Below are positions 51,833-64,000 of a DNA stretch of 64,000 nucleotides, one piece after another (the stretch's first letter is position 1; every line of letters begins with the position of its first letter). The position numbers were made by a program, and so were the translations under genes. The notes under the pieces were generated by a model. That model did not search any database. It was not told the DNA's origin and saw only the letters and a list, made by a program, of their open reading frames with translations. The stretch covers positions 101,928,001 to 101,992,000 of the forward strand of contig NC_043000.1 of assembly GCF_006345805.1 (NCBI RefSeq), in the 5' to 3' direction. This DNA is from Octopus sinensis. Taxonomy: Eukaryota.

Positions 51833-52779
51833 TATTGCTTTATATATAAACATTCACTTCTTCAAGTCTTTTTCTGAAGTTCCTGTGTTTGGCGTCCAGA
51901 CGTAGTAACTAAGTCAGAACTTCCTTTATTCGGCGTCCTGACCAGCTATTTGCACACACATGTACGTATACATCATTACAGTTGTGACGATTTCTGATAA
52001 AGAATTTCAAAAGGTACTTTCATATGAGAAAAAATTTTAATACGGAGATAAACGCCTTTTTCTTGATTTTCCAATATATATTTCGGACATTTTGGAACAA
52101 GTAGCCTTACATTAACACTTGATATTTAGTTGTGAAGATTTCAGATAAAAAGAATTTCTAAAGGTACTTTCACTTATTATATTCTTCCCCGGCGGCATAA
52201 CTACAGATTTCTGCCTCCCTTACTTTGGATGTTCATAACTTACAGAAAAATGAATATATTTTAATTATATTTTCTACGAATATACCCCATCTCATTCACT
52301 TTTCAATATTTTCTCGAAATGTTATGGCTAGGGTTAAGGGTTATATACAGATGCACAAATGTACAAAACGGAGAAAATGAAACAAATATCGACGACTTGT
52401 TTCGAAACACTCCTGAGTGAGGAACAGTTCTCAAAAATAAACCCCAACTGTTTTCCCCAAACATCCTATACGCTCGGAATGAACATAGTCCGGGGTATAT
52501 TTATAGACAATCTCATTAAAAAATATCCATTTTCCTGAAAGTTAAGACGAATTGAAGTGGATTCGGATGAATTTTCCGAAAATCCGCTCCCACCTCCTCC
52601 TAAAGCACTTTCCTCTAAGAAGTTGTATATTCGGAATATACATGATATAACACATATTCGTTGAAAATATGTGTTATATCGTAATGATGATGGACGCTCG
52701 ACCTCATGAAAAATGATGTAAGGAGGCCTTTGTCACGCCTGCCCGCCAGGCGTTACCCTCTTCCACCGGAGTCAATCCT

Positions 52780-52975
52780 TGGGGGCTTGAGATAGCCCTC
52801 CTCTACTTGCTCCGTCATTGGGGTCTTGATGTTGGGGTTTGGTCGTGTTTAGTCTGGGACCTCATACTCGACCTTGCCATCATGGGTGGCCCTACCAGTA
52901 TTCTAAGGCTCCAGACAGTGTCACTCTCAGAATCATTGGAACACACAAGCTTTTCTACCACGACAAGGGATGACT
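52780..52975 (+). mobile_element. RTE-type 5'-UTR-like segment
   Basis: cttgccatcatgggtggccctaccag...ctccagacagtgtcactctcag...acacaagcttttctaccacgacaagg resembles RTE 5' UTR motifs as I recall them. Confidence 0.45.
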
Positions 52976-53835
52976 ATTGGAAAAGGCTGGAAAAAGGATA
53001 TACACAGTGTAATCCGAGATAACCCGCTCTCACCGGAAAATGTGAATTGGTCATGGTTGAAATGCTTCCACTGATGTATTTGTTCGGTCGTGGGCAGAGA
53101 GCCGACGCCACCACCGCTGCTGCTGCTGCTACATTAATGTCCGGCAGTCGAATGTCTCATATGGTATTGCTTGACCTTCCAGAAATAGCAGCCAAATTGT
53201 CCTCAAATCATACTCTGCCATGGTAAGGCTCTTTAGACAGTGTAGGTTTGAATACATAATCTAAAAAATATTTGTCGAGGTAGTCACAGCTGGAATAGCT
53301 TTGATAAAGCGTAAGTTAGTGTTTATCATATTTGTGTTTGAGAATAAAGAACAAAAATAAATACTGCTAATACCATCGCCACCACCACCACCACCACCAC
53401 CACTATACTGCTACCATTATGTTTTCATTTCTCTGCTTCTTTATTATATAATCATTGTTAACAAAAGATATCGAGCCAACTTCCTTCCGGCTTAATAAAT
53501 AAATGAATTTGTTTCTTTGGTTCTTCGTTTTATTTCGTATATCCAATGTTAATTGATGAATATACGAAGTTATAGTATTTATAATTAATTACTGGAGTTA
53601 TATAAATCATATAACTGACATATGTGTATAGCGAGAATAATTAAGAGCAAGGGAAGGCGGTGTAGAGTATTAAAGAGAAAGCGAAAGTTCGATTTCGTAA
53701 TTAATTTAGTATAAGCTCATCAATAGATATTAGTTTTTACAAGGTTTAAGTAAATATTATGTAGTTATGGAAGCAGTAATACAAAGTAAAAGATTATATA
53801 TATATAATATATATATATATATATAATATAATATA

Positions 53836-53882
<47 letters not shown>

Positions 53883-54192
53883 AGCAATTGTACTCGTAAC
53901 AGCAACAAGATCAACAATAATAATAACCACAAAATGCATTATCTTTATTACTAGCTCATTAACGGCAATGTCTATTGACATATTTATTTTTCATTTATTT
54001 ATTTCCTTAGGTACTTAACTAAGTTACTACTTGTGTAAATATATCAATTCTTATATTGTTTCGGTGTAGATATATATATTTTAGATATTTTTCTTCTTTT
54101 TTTTGTTATTTTCTTCGCTGTATTGCTTTGCCTATTGTCTAAATGTATTTTGGAACCGATTAAGACGTTGCAACGACACACACATACACACA

Positions 54193-54229
<37 letters not shown>

Positions 54230-54859
54230 CCTTATATGCATGCATTTATCTACATATATGTCTATATATCTCTATCGATTTATTTACATATCTATCTATA
54301 TATCGTCGTGTATGTGGTTATGTATATATGTATGTATGTATGTATGCATCCATGTGCTTGTGTGTGTAGGTGTGCATGTGTGTGTGTGTGCGTGTGTATG
54401 TGTGCGTGAGAGTGTGCATGTTTGCCTGTCTCTCTGTCTGTGTTTATGCGTATATGTGTGTACTCAAATGCTAGTCTTTATCTAAACATTCCCACCAAGA
54501 TCTCAAAAACTGTTTCTGTTTTGCTTGACATGAAAACATGAAAACTCTTTCTCTGTCTCTCTCCCTTTCTCCATCCTTCTCCATCATTCTCTCTATTTCT
54601 CTCTCTCCTCCCCTCTTTCTCTCCCTTTCCGTCTCTGTTGCACGCGCGCACGCATGCATCTAAATGTATTAAGTGGTATCATTATTAAATGTTTGTTATG
54701 ACTTTAGTTTAACAAACTTAACACGAACACTACACTACACACTGAGCGCGCACTCGCACCCCACCACACACAAGATAATGTAAAATGCAGAATCCAAGGT
54801 AATTTGATGTTAATCTGACGGCTTCTGCAACAATTAGTAGAGTTCATAAAGTTCAGATG

Positions 54860-55560
54860 CCTTGAGGTGTGTAGGTTTTCACAGTATGATAGCTTAGAGG
54901 CGGGGGTTAAAGAGGCGGTCCGCTCCGGGCGACGCTTTTATGGAGGCGGTGATTCTGGGTCTGCTGCATAAACTTGTGTAGGCCTAAGGGTATGGAGGAG
55001 GAGGAGGCGGAAAAGCTCAAGGGCTACCCAGGGCGACATACGCTCTAGCTACGCCAACGTCGCTTAGTTGACAAATGGTAAATGGAATAAAATAATATGA
55101 GAGACTAAGGACTGCGGGAAAAAGTGATAAAACACGTTCAGATGTTTGGAGTACGAAGTGGACGATGAGGAAAGTAAGTAACTGGAACTGGAAAGAAGAG
55201 ATAGAGAGATAGAAAATGGTTGCAGGTAACCAAGTCAAGAAGGGAGAAGAAGAAGAAGGAAACTGGAAGTAAAGGTTAGTGGGAGAGAAAGTGCCTGCGC
55301 AGATATGTCAAGTCTGATAGTAAATAGGCAAAACGGTATTCTAGAAATGTTTGTGGCAGATATGTTGGTCTGCAAAATAGTTAATTGGTAGCTTCGATTG
55401 ATAGAATGAGGTTTTATATGTTAAACATATTAAGATCTGCTGGGAAGAAGTGGAACATGATTTTGTGATATTCATGCTTGTTGCATTTTTCATATCACAG
55501 TCAATGAATATGCATTGATTAGAAATGGTAAATGAAGTTAGTTTGCTAACGAGACTTGTG
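54860..55560 (+). mobile_element. Possible degraded LINE ORF2 fragment
   Basis: Purine-rich, broken frames (VKEAVRSGRRFY; LREKVIKHVQMFGVR); no decisive motif. Confidence 0.25.
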
Positions 55561-55599
55561 CATATCTTTAGAGCATGCTTCTCTCAACAGCTGTGTTGG

Positions 55600-55812
55600 T
55601 AATAACGATTTAAAATTTTGGTACACGGCTAGCAAGTTCGGAAGAGAGAATAAATCGATTACATCTACCCTAGTACTCAACCAGTACTTTTTTCATCGAC
55701 CTCGAAAGCATATAAGGCAAAGTCGACCTCGGTGGAATTTGAATTTAGAATGTAAAGTCGGACGAAATGTAGCTAAGCATTTTGCCCGGCATTCTAACGA
55801 TTCTGCCAGCTC
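55600..55812 (-). mobile_element. SINE type B
   Basis: ggcaaagtcgacctcggtggaatttgaa...gctaagcattttgcccggcattctaacgattctgccagctcg. Confidence 0.85.
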
Positions 55813-55854
55813 GTCGAAATACGTATGCTTTTTGATGCGAACTTATTATTTTCG

Positions 55855-57700
55855 TTAGAACGTCATTTTTCTCGTTGAACTTAACAATTCTTTCTCTAAG
55901 TGCTTTTTTAGGGAGGGAGTTGGTAGCGGGTTTCGACTTGGGAGTGGATTGGGGAGTTTTTTCTGTGTGTTTGTGTTTTGAGTAGATGATTTCTTTGTCA
56001 GGGGAGGGGTGTCTAGGGCTTGGGCTTTTTTCCTTTTATGTGAAGTCACTGTGGTAAATTCCATTTCCGAATCTTTCGGTTTGAACGGCAGTTTTTAACA
56101 CAATTTCTAGGTAACTAAAACATTTTAGACTTCGTATACTGGTAGAAGTGTTTATAAAACATCTTTTTTCTCTTGGCTTTATTGAGAAAATTCTATAGTT
56201 TGTAAGATATTTGTTGTTTTTTTTCTTCAATTTCTGCAATTTCAACCAATCAGTGACGTCTATTGAGTTAAAAAGCATTCTGTGCCGTATGAATATGTCC
56301 CTCGTTTAAGAAACAGATTGGGTTTATTTACATTTGTGAAGAAAAAAAGATACCCTTCCCCATCCCTAACCCTAAAAGAGATTGAAATGCAATAGATCGA
56401 TTCTAGGGTCATAATTATGGGTGACAATTTCATATGACACCGCTAGAAAAAACTGCCGTTCAAACCGAAAAGATCCCCATTTCCTCTACGCTATTCAGTT
56501 GTGTGTTTTCTATATTTGTGTTGTTCGCTTCTTCTGCTTTTCCTGTGACTGTTTCTGTGGCGTTTTTCGTCGCTTTTTTTATTATTTTCTTTTTTGTGGA
56601 GGGACTTCAGCATTTCTCAGTTGTTTTTATAATTTTTTCGCACTCCGAACGGACGTGCCCTTTTCTCCACATTTAAAACATATGGGTCTACGTCTCTCGA
56701 CTGAAACTCTAGCACTCAATGCGGTCTGGCTTCGATTCAAGTACGTCTTTTGGGGCTTGAACTACCATCTCCAGAGTTTGGCTTTTCCAATTTAGAGCCT
56801 CTCGCTTTTTCATTTGGAGTATTGTCATTTCTTATTCTGCGTCGTAAATTACGGCCGCTGCCATCCACGTTACATCGTAACCAGCTGGTATCTCCTCTAT
56901 TGCTATTTTTGCAGTTCTCCGGCCTAGGTACGTCAGGAGCAGCATTATTTCATCACTTTTTAAAGTTTGCGTCAATATTTCTTTTGCTGTTTCAGCATTC
57001 TCGCATCGCGACTCAGCAGTGGCGCTTCTTGGTCCTCGACCGACATAGGTAATTTTTCCCTATATGGGGGCGAGGTACTTCTCTACCACCTCGTTCTTCA
57101 CTGACATAATTCTTTTTTATTTACAGTTGTATATTTTGTATACTATCGTTCTGGCAGTTAAGTTTTGTATCATATTCTGTGGTGGCAGAAGTTTTATTTC
57201 GTTGCCACCTTTCTTTATAAGGTTTCGAAACTTAAATGATTGTTCCTTAGGCACCTCCAATTCACAGAAATTGCCACCGACAGCAGCAGAGAAACTTGGC
57301 TTTTCCTTTCCTTCCTGGTTACCAACTTGGTTACTTTCTTTCATTACCGGGAAGTCCTCCATTGAGAACAGAAAGTCGATATTCGACAAAAGACTTAATT
57401 CCATTTTCACAAATGGCCTCCGAATTCCAGAAAAAATCGTGAATATTTATATCAAAAATGACAAAAATAAAATTTTTATCCTGCAACGGATAAAAAAAAT
57501 CACAAAAAACAGTCCAATAAGTTATGCAGAAAACAATTTTTACCCCGTAGAGCGAAAATTTTCGCCAAAATGACAACAACAGTTTAATTCCAACAGGAGT
57601 TCAAACGTAGCAATTTCAACAGATAATTCAACAACAACAAAATACATTGACCAAATAAACTCACGAAGCAACAGCAGCCGAAGGCAGAAGAGTGAGAACA
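55855..57700 (-). mobile_element. gag/ORF1-bearing retroposon (copy b), 5' UTR plus disrupted ORF1, 3' end lost
   Basis: ORF from ~57410 with in-frame stops: PSFSAAV...GRRTAKIAIEEIPAGYDVTW...RRPICFKCGEKG/HVRSEC (knuckle 56640-56680); continues as EEMEFTTVTSHKRKK after MITE removal. Confidence 0.8.
56069..56476. mobile_element. MITE with ~27-bp TIRs and 8-bp TSD (hAT- or Merlin-like)
   Basis: TIR atctttcggtttgaacggcagttttt / aaaaaactgccgttcaaaccgaaaagat; TSD ccatttcc at 56061-56068 and 56477-56484. Confidence 0.9.
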
Positions 57701-57711
57701 ACCTTTTCTCA

Positions 57712-58600
57712 TTATTATAGGCACAAGGCCTGAATACAGAGGGGACATACACAAATATGAGGGAACAAAAAAACATATGAAAGAAGGAATTACAATGAAT
57801 TAAATTACGATGAATATGAGACGGTTTTCTCGGTCCCGCTCCGAGACGAAACCGTGATTTCTTTTTTACAATTTAACGTTCTTATAGTCTTTTCTTTTTT
57901 TTTTCGTTTTTTAGCTTGTTCTTTTTCTTAGTCTTTTGTTTTGTTTTTTGTATCATTTTTTTCTTTTTTCTTTATACATTTTAACAGTCTAGTTTCCTCT
58001 TTTTTATATGAAGTACAAATTTTACTTACTTGTTTTTACATGTTCATAAAGGGTTTCAAATCTTCTAATTCCACGACCGGCGGGAGCTCGTCAAACTCGA
58101 ATTCAACCCCCAGCGAGTCTATGAAATGTCCATACATCTCTCTCAATTTCAAAAATCTCTCTTTATCTATGACTATTCCTTTAGTGTATTCCGGGTATTT
58201 TCCTGGCGGCAGCTTTACTCTTATTACCGATTTATATTTTACAATCATTTTCTCTATTTCTTTACTTTTGGAATACGTGACCAAATGCCACTTATGTTTC
58301 TTCCTTTTCACTTCTGCTTGCCTCGGCTCCCGTCCTGGTCTGTTTGGGCGTGCAGAAACATCATAACCAATTTTATGAACGCTTCCTTTTTCTCCCTGTT
58401 GTAATGCTATTTTTCTTGTGTGCCTTCTTTCACTACTGCTTCTGTTGGTGCTTCACACCTATTTCTCTTTTCTTCCGTCACAATCTCTTTTAGCCTTTTT
58501 TGACTGTTTTTGACTGTGCAGATACTTTACATGTATAATATCGTGTTTTGAGTTGTACCACACGCAAGCTATTTTTTTTAACTTGAGCAGAATAACTCGT
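57712..58600 (-). mobile_element. gag/ORF1-only retroposon (copy c), C-terminal half plus 3' UTR and tail
   Basis: Open frame ~58520-58036 (lysine/glutamate-rich linker then KWHLVTYSKSKEIEKMI...), hairpin at 57821-57855, tail tgtcccctctgtattcaggccttgtgcctataataa. Confidence 0.65.
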
Positions 58601-58608
58601 GCATATCA

Positions 58609-58998
58609 TCTATATATATAAAGCTGAAGTTGTCTGTGTGTGGCAGGTTTGGTAGCCTTCAACTAACACTATCTCCTCCGGGACCCTGAGGCGCAAATTG
58701 ACCAAAATTGAGAGTATGATAGAAGAAGGCTTGCTCTTCATTCCGTTGCAGATAAGATTCAAATCGAACCATGTTAAGACCAAAAGTTATTTACATCAAA
58801 AAGGTGCTTTTTTTCTATGAAAATCCCTATTTTTTACGATTTTTTGACTGCTGTGTCGCTATTTTTTGGTGTATTTCAACCAGGAAAAGGTTAACTTAAA
58901 GAGAATAACAAGCTACATAATGCAAAATTTTCACTTTTCAAAAATTCCAATTCTAAAGGGTCGAAACAAACCCGAGCAACGCCGGGCGATACTGCTAG
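58609..58998 (+). mobile_element. Non-autonomous Helitron
   Basis: A|TC 5' end, 3' hairpin cccgagcaacgccggg then CTAG|T, no TSD. Confidence 0.85.
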
Positions 58999-60625
58999 TA
59001 TTAGTATTATGATAAATAGCTTCACATAGTTCGTTTTCATATACCGGTAGACGTAAATGTACGACGCTATGTTATTGTAACAGTGAACGTAAATAGACGC
59101 GAGCTCGTTGGCACTTGTCTGTTTGTGTGGCCTCATTAGATAAAAAAAAAAAAACCGGAGCAGTGTCTCGCATGCTTCGGATAATACCGGCGTCAAGGGG
59201 TTAATGTGGCAACCCATTAAATTTTAAATGTTTCACACACCACCGCCCATCGATTTCAGAAGGTTAATCAACATCATTTGTGGAAACATACGTTGTTTTT
59301 GAATCCTAGGACACTGATCGAGCTGGCATTCGAGCAGATCAAAGACATTCTAACTGCCATCATACCCTCTTGTTTTCAGGCGTAGCGTAGCACAAACGGT
59401 GTATACCACTCAATGTGTGATCTTTCGAAGAGGAAGAGTGATGCTTGAGAAGTGATGAATATATTTGTAAAAATTAATACTGAACCTCAGAACTGTCATT
59501 CAGCGTGTTAGAAACAGCTGCTGAATCTTCCTCAATGTGGTCACTCAGTCTGCTAGAAATAGAAGTTAAATCTTCCTCAAATTATCGCAAATATTTTAAA
59601 GAAAACGCTAATTGGATAATGCAGTTTTAGATATCTAAAGAAGAAGAAGAAAAAAAGACAAGATGATCATGACTGGAATGCTTTTAACCTTGGGTCCATC
59701 TGCCCAATCGGGATTTAGGGTTAAACATGAACCATTATCAGAGCAGCCAAGTCAGCATAGTAATGCACCTTGCTAAAATAGCAGCAAATGCTTTAAATCT
59801 CATCCGTTCGGCAATTTTTTCCAATCATTTTAAAAGATATGGATACACGTAAGATATATAAATGCAAAAAGAAAACGCGCTCTGATAACACACACACACA
59901 CACATTTGTATATGCACAAATATCACACACACATATATACACACATATATATATGTACACACTAGAATTAGAGAAACTTCTCAAAAATCATAATTTTTGT
60001 TTTTACATTAAACATCGTACAACCATTAAATGTAGTGTATCCAGGTTCTAGTTCAACAGTTAGCCTACGCAGTCAAAAATATATAATCAATGTTTAATTT
60101 TAAACTTCAAATGTGAAAAAGAACAATCAGAGATAAAATAATCTGATCTCACACAAATTAGATACACAAATTGGAAGCACTGCTATGCTGTCTTACCAAA
60201 AATGAAGGATACATTGTATAATGCCGTAGTTTTAGATATTCTGTCAGAATAAAAGGCAGGATTGTCAGGAACAAAACTACTTTGATCAGAGGTCTGTTTG
60301 ATCGAAGTTAAATAGTGTCTAAATAACAATAACAATTACATTATCACACAGACATTTTCTACAAAATGGCTGAATAACTTATTCGTCATCTGCGATGGAT
60401 TGTGATAGGTAACAAGGAGACGTGTAGATCTTGACTCACAATGGTGACTGATTAAATCAACTTGTAATAAATGGTAACAAATATAAATAATTATTGAGCA
60501 GTAAAATAACACAATGTAAACAGAAACGTAAGAGATGAAAATGTAAAAAGAAAATGCGCTCTGATAACATACATACATATACGCATGCATACATACATAC
60601 ATACATACACACATACATATACGCA

Positions 60626-60670
<45 letters not shown>

Positions 60671-61022
60671 GCATGTATGTATGCATGTATGTATGTATAT
60701 AATAAAAACAAAATGGTGGAGAAGAGTGTTTGCAGGGAGGAAAATGCGTCTGTCTTGTTTGAATACACATTGAATAATAATCTCACAGAAATTCAATCCA
60801 TTAGACTGAAAATATTTTATCTAAAATATATAGTCAAAAGTAAGTACATTATTAAGATAACGCTTGAATTGAATAAATGTATTTCTTGAATTGTGATTGA
60901 AGTATTGTAATATTGAGGGGAAGAGAGAAAGAGAGAGAGAGAGGATTTATTATTGCGTTTATTGGAAACGACAGCGGACTAGCAGAAAATGGTAAAGTGC
61001 CGGATTAAATGCCATGCCGTAT

Positions 61023-61313
61023 TTATTTAACATCCCTTTTACTTTCATCATTCCTAGTTCGATCAGATGAAATACCTGTCAAATTGCCGTGGTCGTTGTC
61101 GTCGTCATTTTCGGTATTTCGTATTTCGCTGCTGTTGAGAATGTTTCCAAGACTTCTGAAAAATCTGAGGCCATTTACTAGTGAGTTTGGGATAAAGAAT
61201 CACGCGTTCGATACCCGTAGTTCTTCATTTTCCCCGTATCCTTGATGAAAGGCCTGCCTTTTGCTGCGAGAGATACCTGTACTGAAATCAGTGGCAAACC
61301 GCTTTGGCTCACA
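61023..61313 (-). CDS. Candidate exon with prohormone-like dibasic sites, interrupted by one TGA
   Basis: Acceptor cacttcacacactgacag then CEPKR-FATDFSTGIS-RSKR-QAF...NA*...ENDDDNDH...SKRDVK*; no recognised homology. Confidence 0.2.
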
Positions 61314-61634
61314 CTGTCAGTGTGTGAAGTGAAGGAAGTGATATGGCTACTGGGGGGATTTAAATCTACAAGCAAAACTGGAGCTCAGAACGCAAACAAA
61401 CCGGATCAGATATCCCTAAGAATCTCGCCCGACAATTTCATTCATCTACCGCCTTCTATGTATCGATTAAAAATTAAAAGTAAAGTTGGCCCCGTCGGTA
61501 TTTAACTCAGAGCGCAGAAAACCGGGAACAAATACCTTAACGATTCTATCACTTCGCCAGCTGTGAAGTTAACCCAAACGAAATTGCTTTCCAACTAGCT
61601 GTCACTGCTGTCTACGTTCTGATTGAGCACATAT

Positions 61635-61670
<36 letters not shown>

Positions 61671-63349
61671 TGTGTGTGTGCGTGCGTGTGTGTGTGTGTG
61701 TTTATTATCGACTGCACATATTCAATGTGTGCATTTTGCTTGTTAGCTGTGTTAGCGCGCGGTGTAGACGACTCCCCCCAAACCACAGGGTGTTAAAACA
61801 CCCGAAAGTCATAGACAGGCGAAACAATTCGCCCCAATCCCATTATGGGGTGATGGTTATCGATATTTCGCCACTTTTGTGGCTTATTAACATCACATAC
61901 CCGAATCTAACCGAGAGCGAACTGAATCGCCAGTCAATGACTTTACAAAAATAGCGTAAAAACCATTTGCTGCGTACCGGCAAACAAGCAAATCATATAC
62001 ATTGAATATGTGTGGTCGATAATGTTTACAAAGCTAGCGCTACCTCTAATTTATAATTGAATTTCATTATATCCCAGCATCGTCGTGGCATACCAGTAAA
62101 TGGATTTTACACTATTTGTATATAGTTATAGACTGGCGGTTAACTTTGCCTTTCATCCTTCCGGGATTGGTAAAATAAAGTATTAGTCAAGAAATGTGTT
62201 GATATAATCGGTTAATCCCTTCTAGTCAAATTTTAGGCCTTTTTACCTATGAAAACTTTGGTCCAATAATAAAACGATAGCGCCAGACTGAATGTCTTGC
62301 GGGACCTTACGTTTTGAGTTCAAATAACTTTGCTTTCATCCTTCCAAGTCATCGAATGCTTGTGTCGGTTTAATCTCCAAACTTTATGGTCTTGAGTCAG
62401 TATTGATTTCTAACACTGGCCCGAGGCCACTCATTTTAGGGAGTGGGGATATAGTTAATGAAATTAATCCTAGTGTTTAAGTGGTACTTAACTTTATTGG
62501 CTCTTGAAGGAGGAAAAGAAAATTTGACCACGGTGAGAATTAAATGCAGAACGTAAAAGGTAACTGAATGTCACATATTTTGCTTGACGCTTTTACAATT
62601 CTGTCAATATACCCTTCTTACTGTAAAGGGTACAACCTCGGACTGAATACCTAACAGAGTTTGACTGTGCTTATCTACATCGTGAGTTCAGTTCTCACCA
62701 ATGTCAACTGCCATTAACTGATTTCTAACTTAATTTGATGGTAGTGAAGAAAAGAAAGGAAAACAGCTACTATATCTTTGTTATCTTTGCTCAATTTAGT
62801 ACATACTCTACCCTAGGTGCGGTGGGTAATATGATTTTAGACTGTCTGGAAAAAAGATCGAATGTTCAAATTAAATATCTTTAATAACATGTCTGCTCAG
62901 TCAGACCTGACCTGGGGATAAATAACACAAAGTTCATACAAGCAAATATAAACACATGTGTTTCAGTGACATACATCATAAATTCATTTTTGTAGTGAAA
63001 TATAGTAAAAACATCGATTTATAAACAATTAGTGTCATTATTGAACCGAAATATATGACGTTGTTATTGTTTTTAATCTTGTCAACTACAACCAAAGGCA
63101 TTCCAATCTCGACTTTCTCGTGCTTTCGGTGGGTAATCAGGACTACATTATCTAATGTGATAATCCTATTTTCAAGACAATAAGTTAAGATTTTGCGTGA
63201 ATTCTAGTTGTTATTTATCCCAGTCCAAGTGACCACATAGGAGGTTTGCTGGGTTCATAGACATGAAGTAATACAAGAGGGTTTACTTTTGTGAGTGTTT
63301 CTTATTCACTTAATCGAAAATACCTGCAGTCAAAACCGTTTCAACACGT

Positions 63350-64000
63350 TTGTTGATTGAATGTGTGGTTTGGAATAGTATCAACTGTTTGATCAGAAAT
63401 TAAAGACAAGATGCAGAGCTGAGAAACAGGTCTGGTTTGAGTTTAAAGGTGAAGCGGAGAAGAAAATTTCACTAAAAGGAAACAGTGATACCATACAAAA
63501 TTGTTGGAGAAGCGGTCAGTTCAAGAGACGCACTAGGTGAGTCTGTAAATGCCAATAATGTGAAGTAGCCTTGACAGCTAAAGAATTGAATACCTATTGA
63601 GTGAAACACCTCTGGGAGATACAAATTCAATTTTATCCAACTGTAGTGTTCAACTTCGCTGATAAGCAACATCAACAACAATCGGTTATAGAAACGAGAA
63701 ACGTTAGAAAGGATCGACCAAAACTGGAAGACAACAGAGACATTACTCTACATCAGATACCAGATGAGGTGCTGTAGCACGAAAGTGAAAGTATTAAAAT
63801 ATCATTGACCAAACTGATGAACAGCAGCCGTTAATTACAGCATGTCCCAGAAGAGTAGCGGTAAGGTGTGAAAATAAATTATCAAAGAAAGGAAATACAA
63901 ACGATTATGAGAACTGTTGCAGAATTATAACGTTTTCAGTCTCTGATGAGGTCGTTTTCATTTCATTGATACACCACTACGAGAAGAATAAGCAAGTTCC
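63350..64000 (+). mobile_element. Degraded non-LTR (RTE-like) ORF2, pre-RT and early RT region
   Basis: KLKTRCRAEKQVW...GNS; IPDEVL...LTKLMN...VPEE*; KGNTNDYENCCRII (cf. KKG...DC.NYR.I). Confidence 0.65.

Noticed and set aside
59845-60570. ~45-bp diverged direct repeat (aaatgYaaaaagaaaaYgcgctctgataaca) 680 bp apart
   Set aside because: No supporting element structure; likely a remnant of an old duplication.
63370-63545. Apparent exon ending gcactag|gtgagt
   Set aside because: The frame belongs to the degraded LINE ORF2.

Overview
AT-rich, microsatellite-dense eukaryotic DNA with no confidently supported host gene, rRNA, tRNA gene or CRISPR array. The tRNA-headed SINE families look like those I recognise from Octopus genomes; this species assignment is inference, not a database result. 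Almost all supplied ORFs are microsatellite artefacts or transposon antisense. The window is a layered set of mobile elements. It holds at least three SINE types and several Tc1/mariner fossils (mariner deletion derivative, DD34E Tc1 with an IR/DR-like end, maT/DD37D-like, Tigger/pogo). It also holds piggyBac-, mariner- and 8-bp-TSD MITEs, a Helitron, hAT and Penelope remnants, a Penelope-type minimal hammerhead motif and degraded LINE ORF2 pieces. A recent ~1.45-kb tandem duplication lies at 27.8-30.8 kb. The most interesting signal is a set of retroposons with a gag-like CCHC ORF1 (23.7-24.9 kb, 55.9-57.7 kb, 57.7-58.6 kb). In the two copies that retain a 3' end, the ORF runs into a 3' UTR with no RT. 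Those two copies and a tail-only copy at 8.7 kb share a covarying GCGGG-loop hairpin about 100 nt from the 3' end. Some of these tails also match a 184-bp SINE-derived unit that inserts at one fixed site inside older SINE copies. All coordinates and alignments were made by eye.
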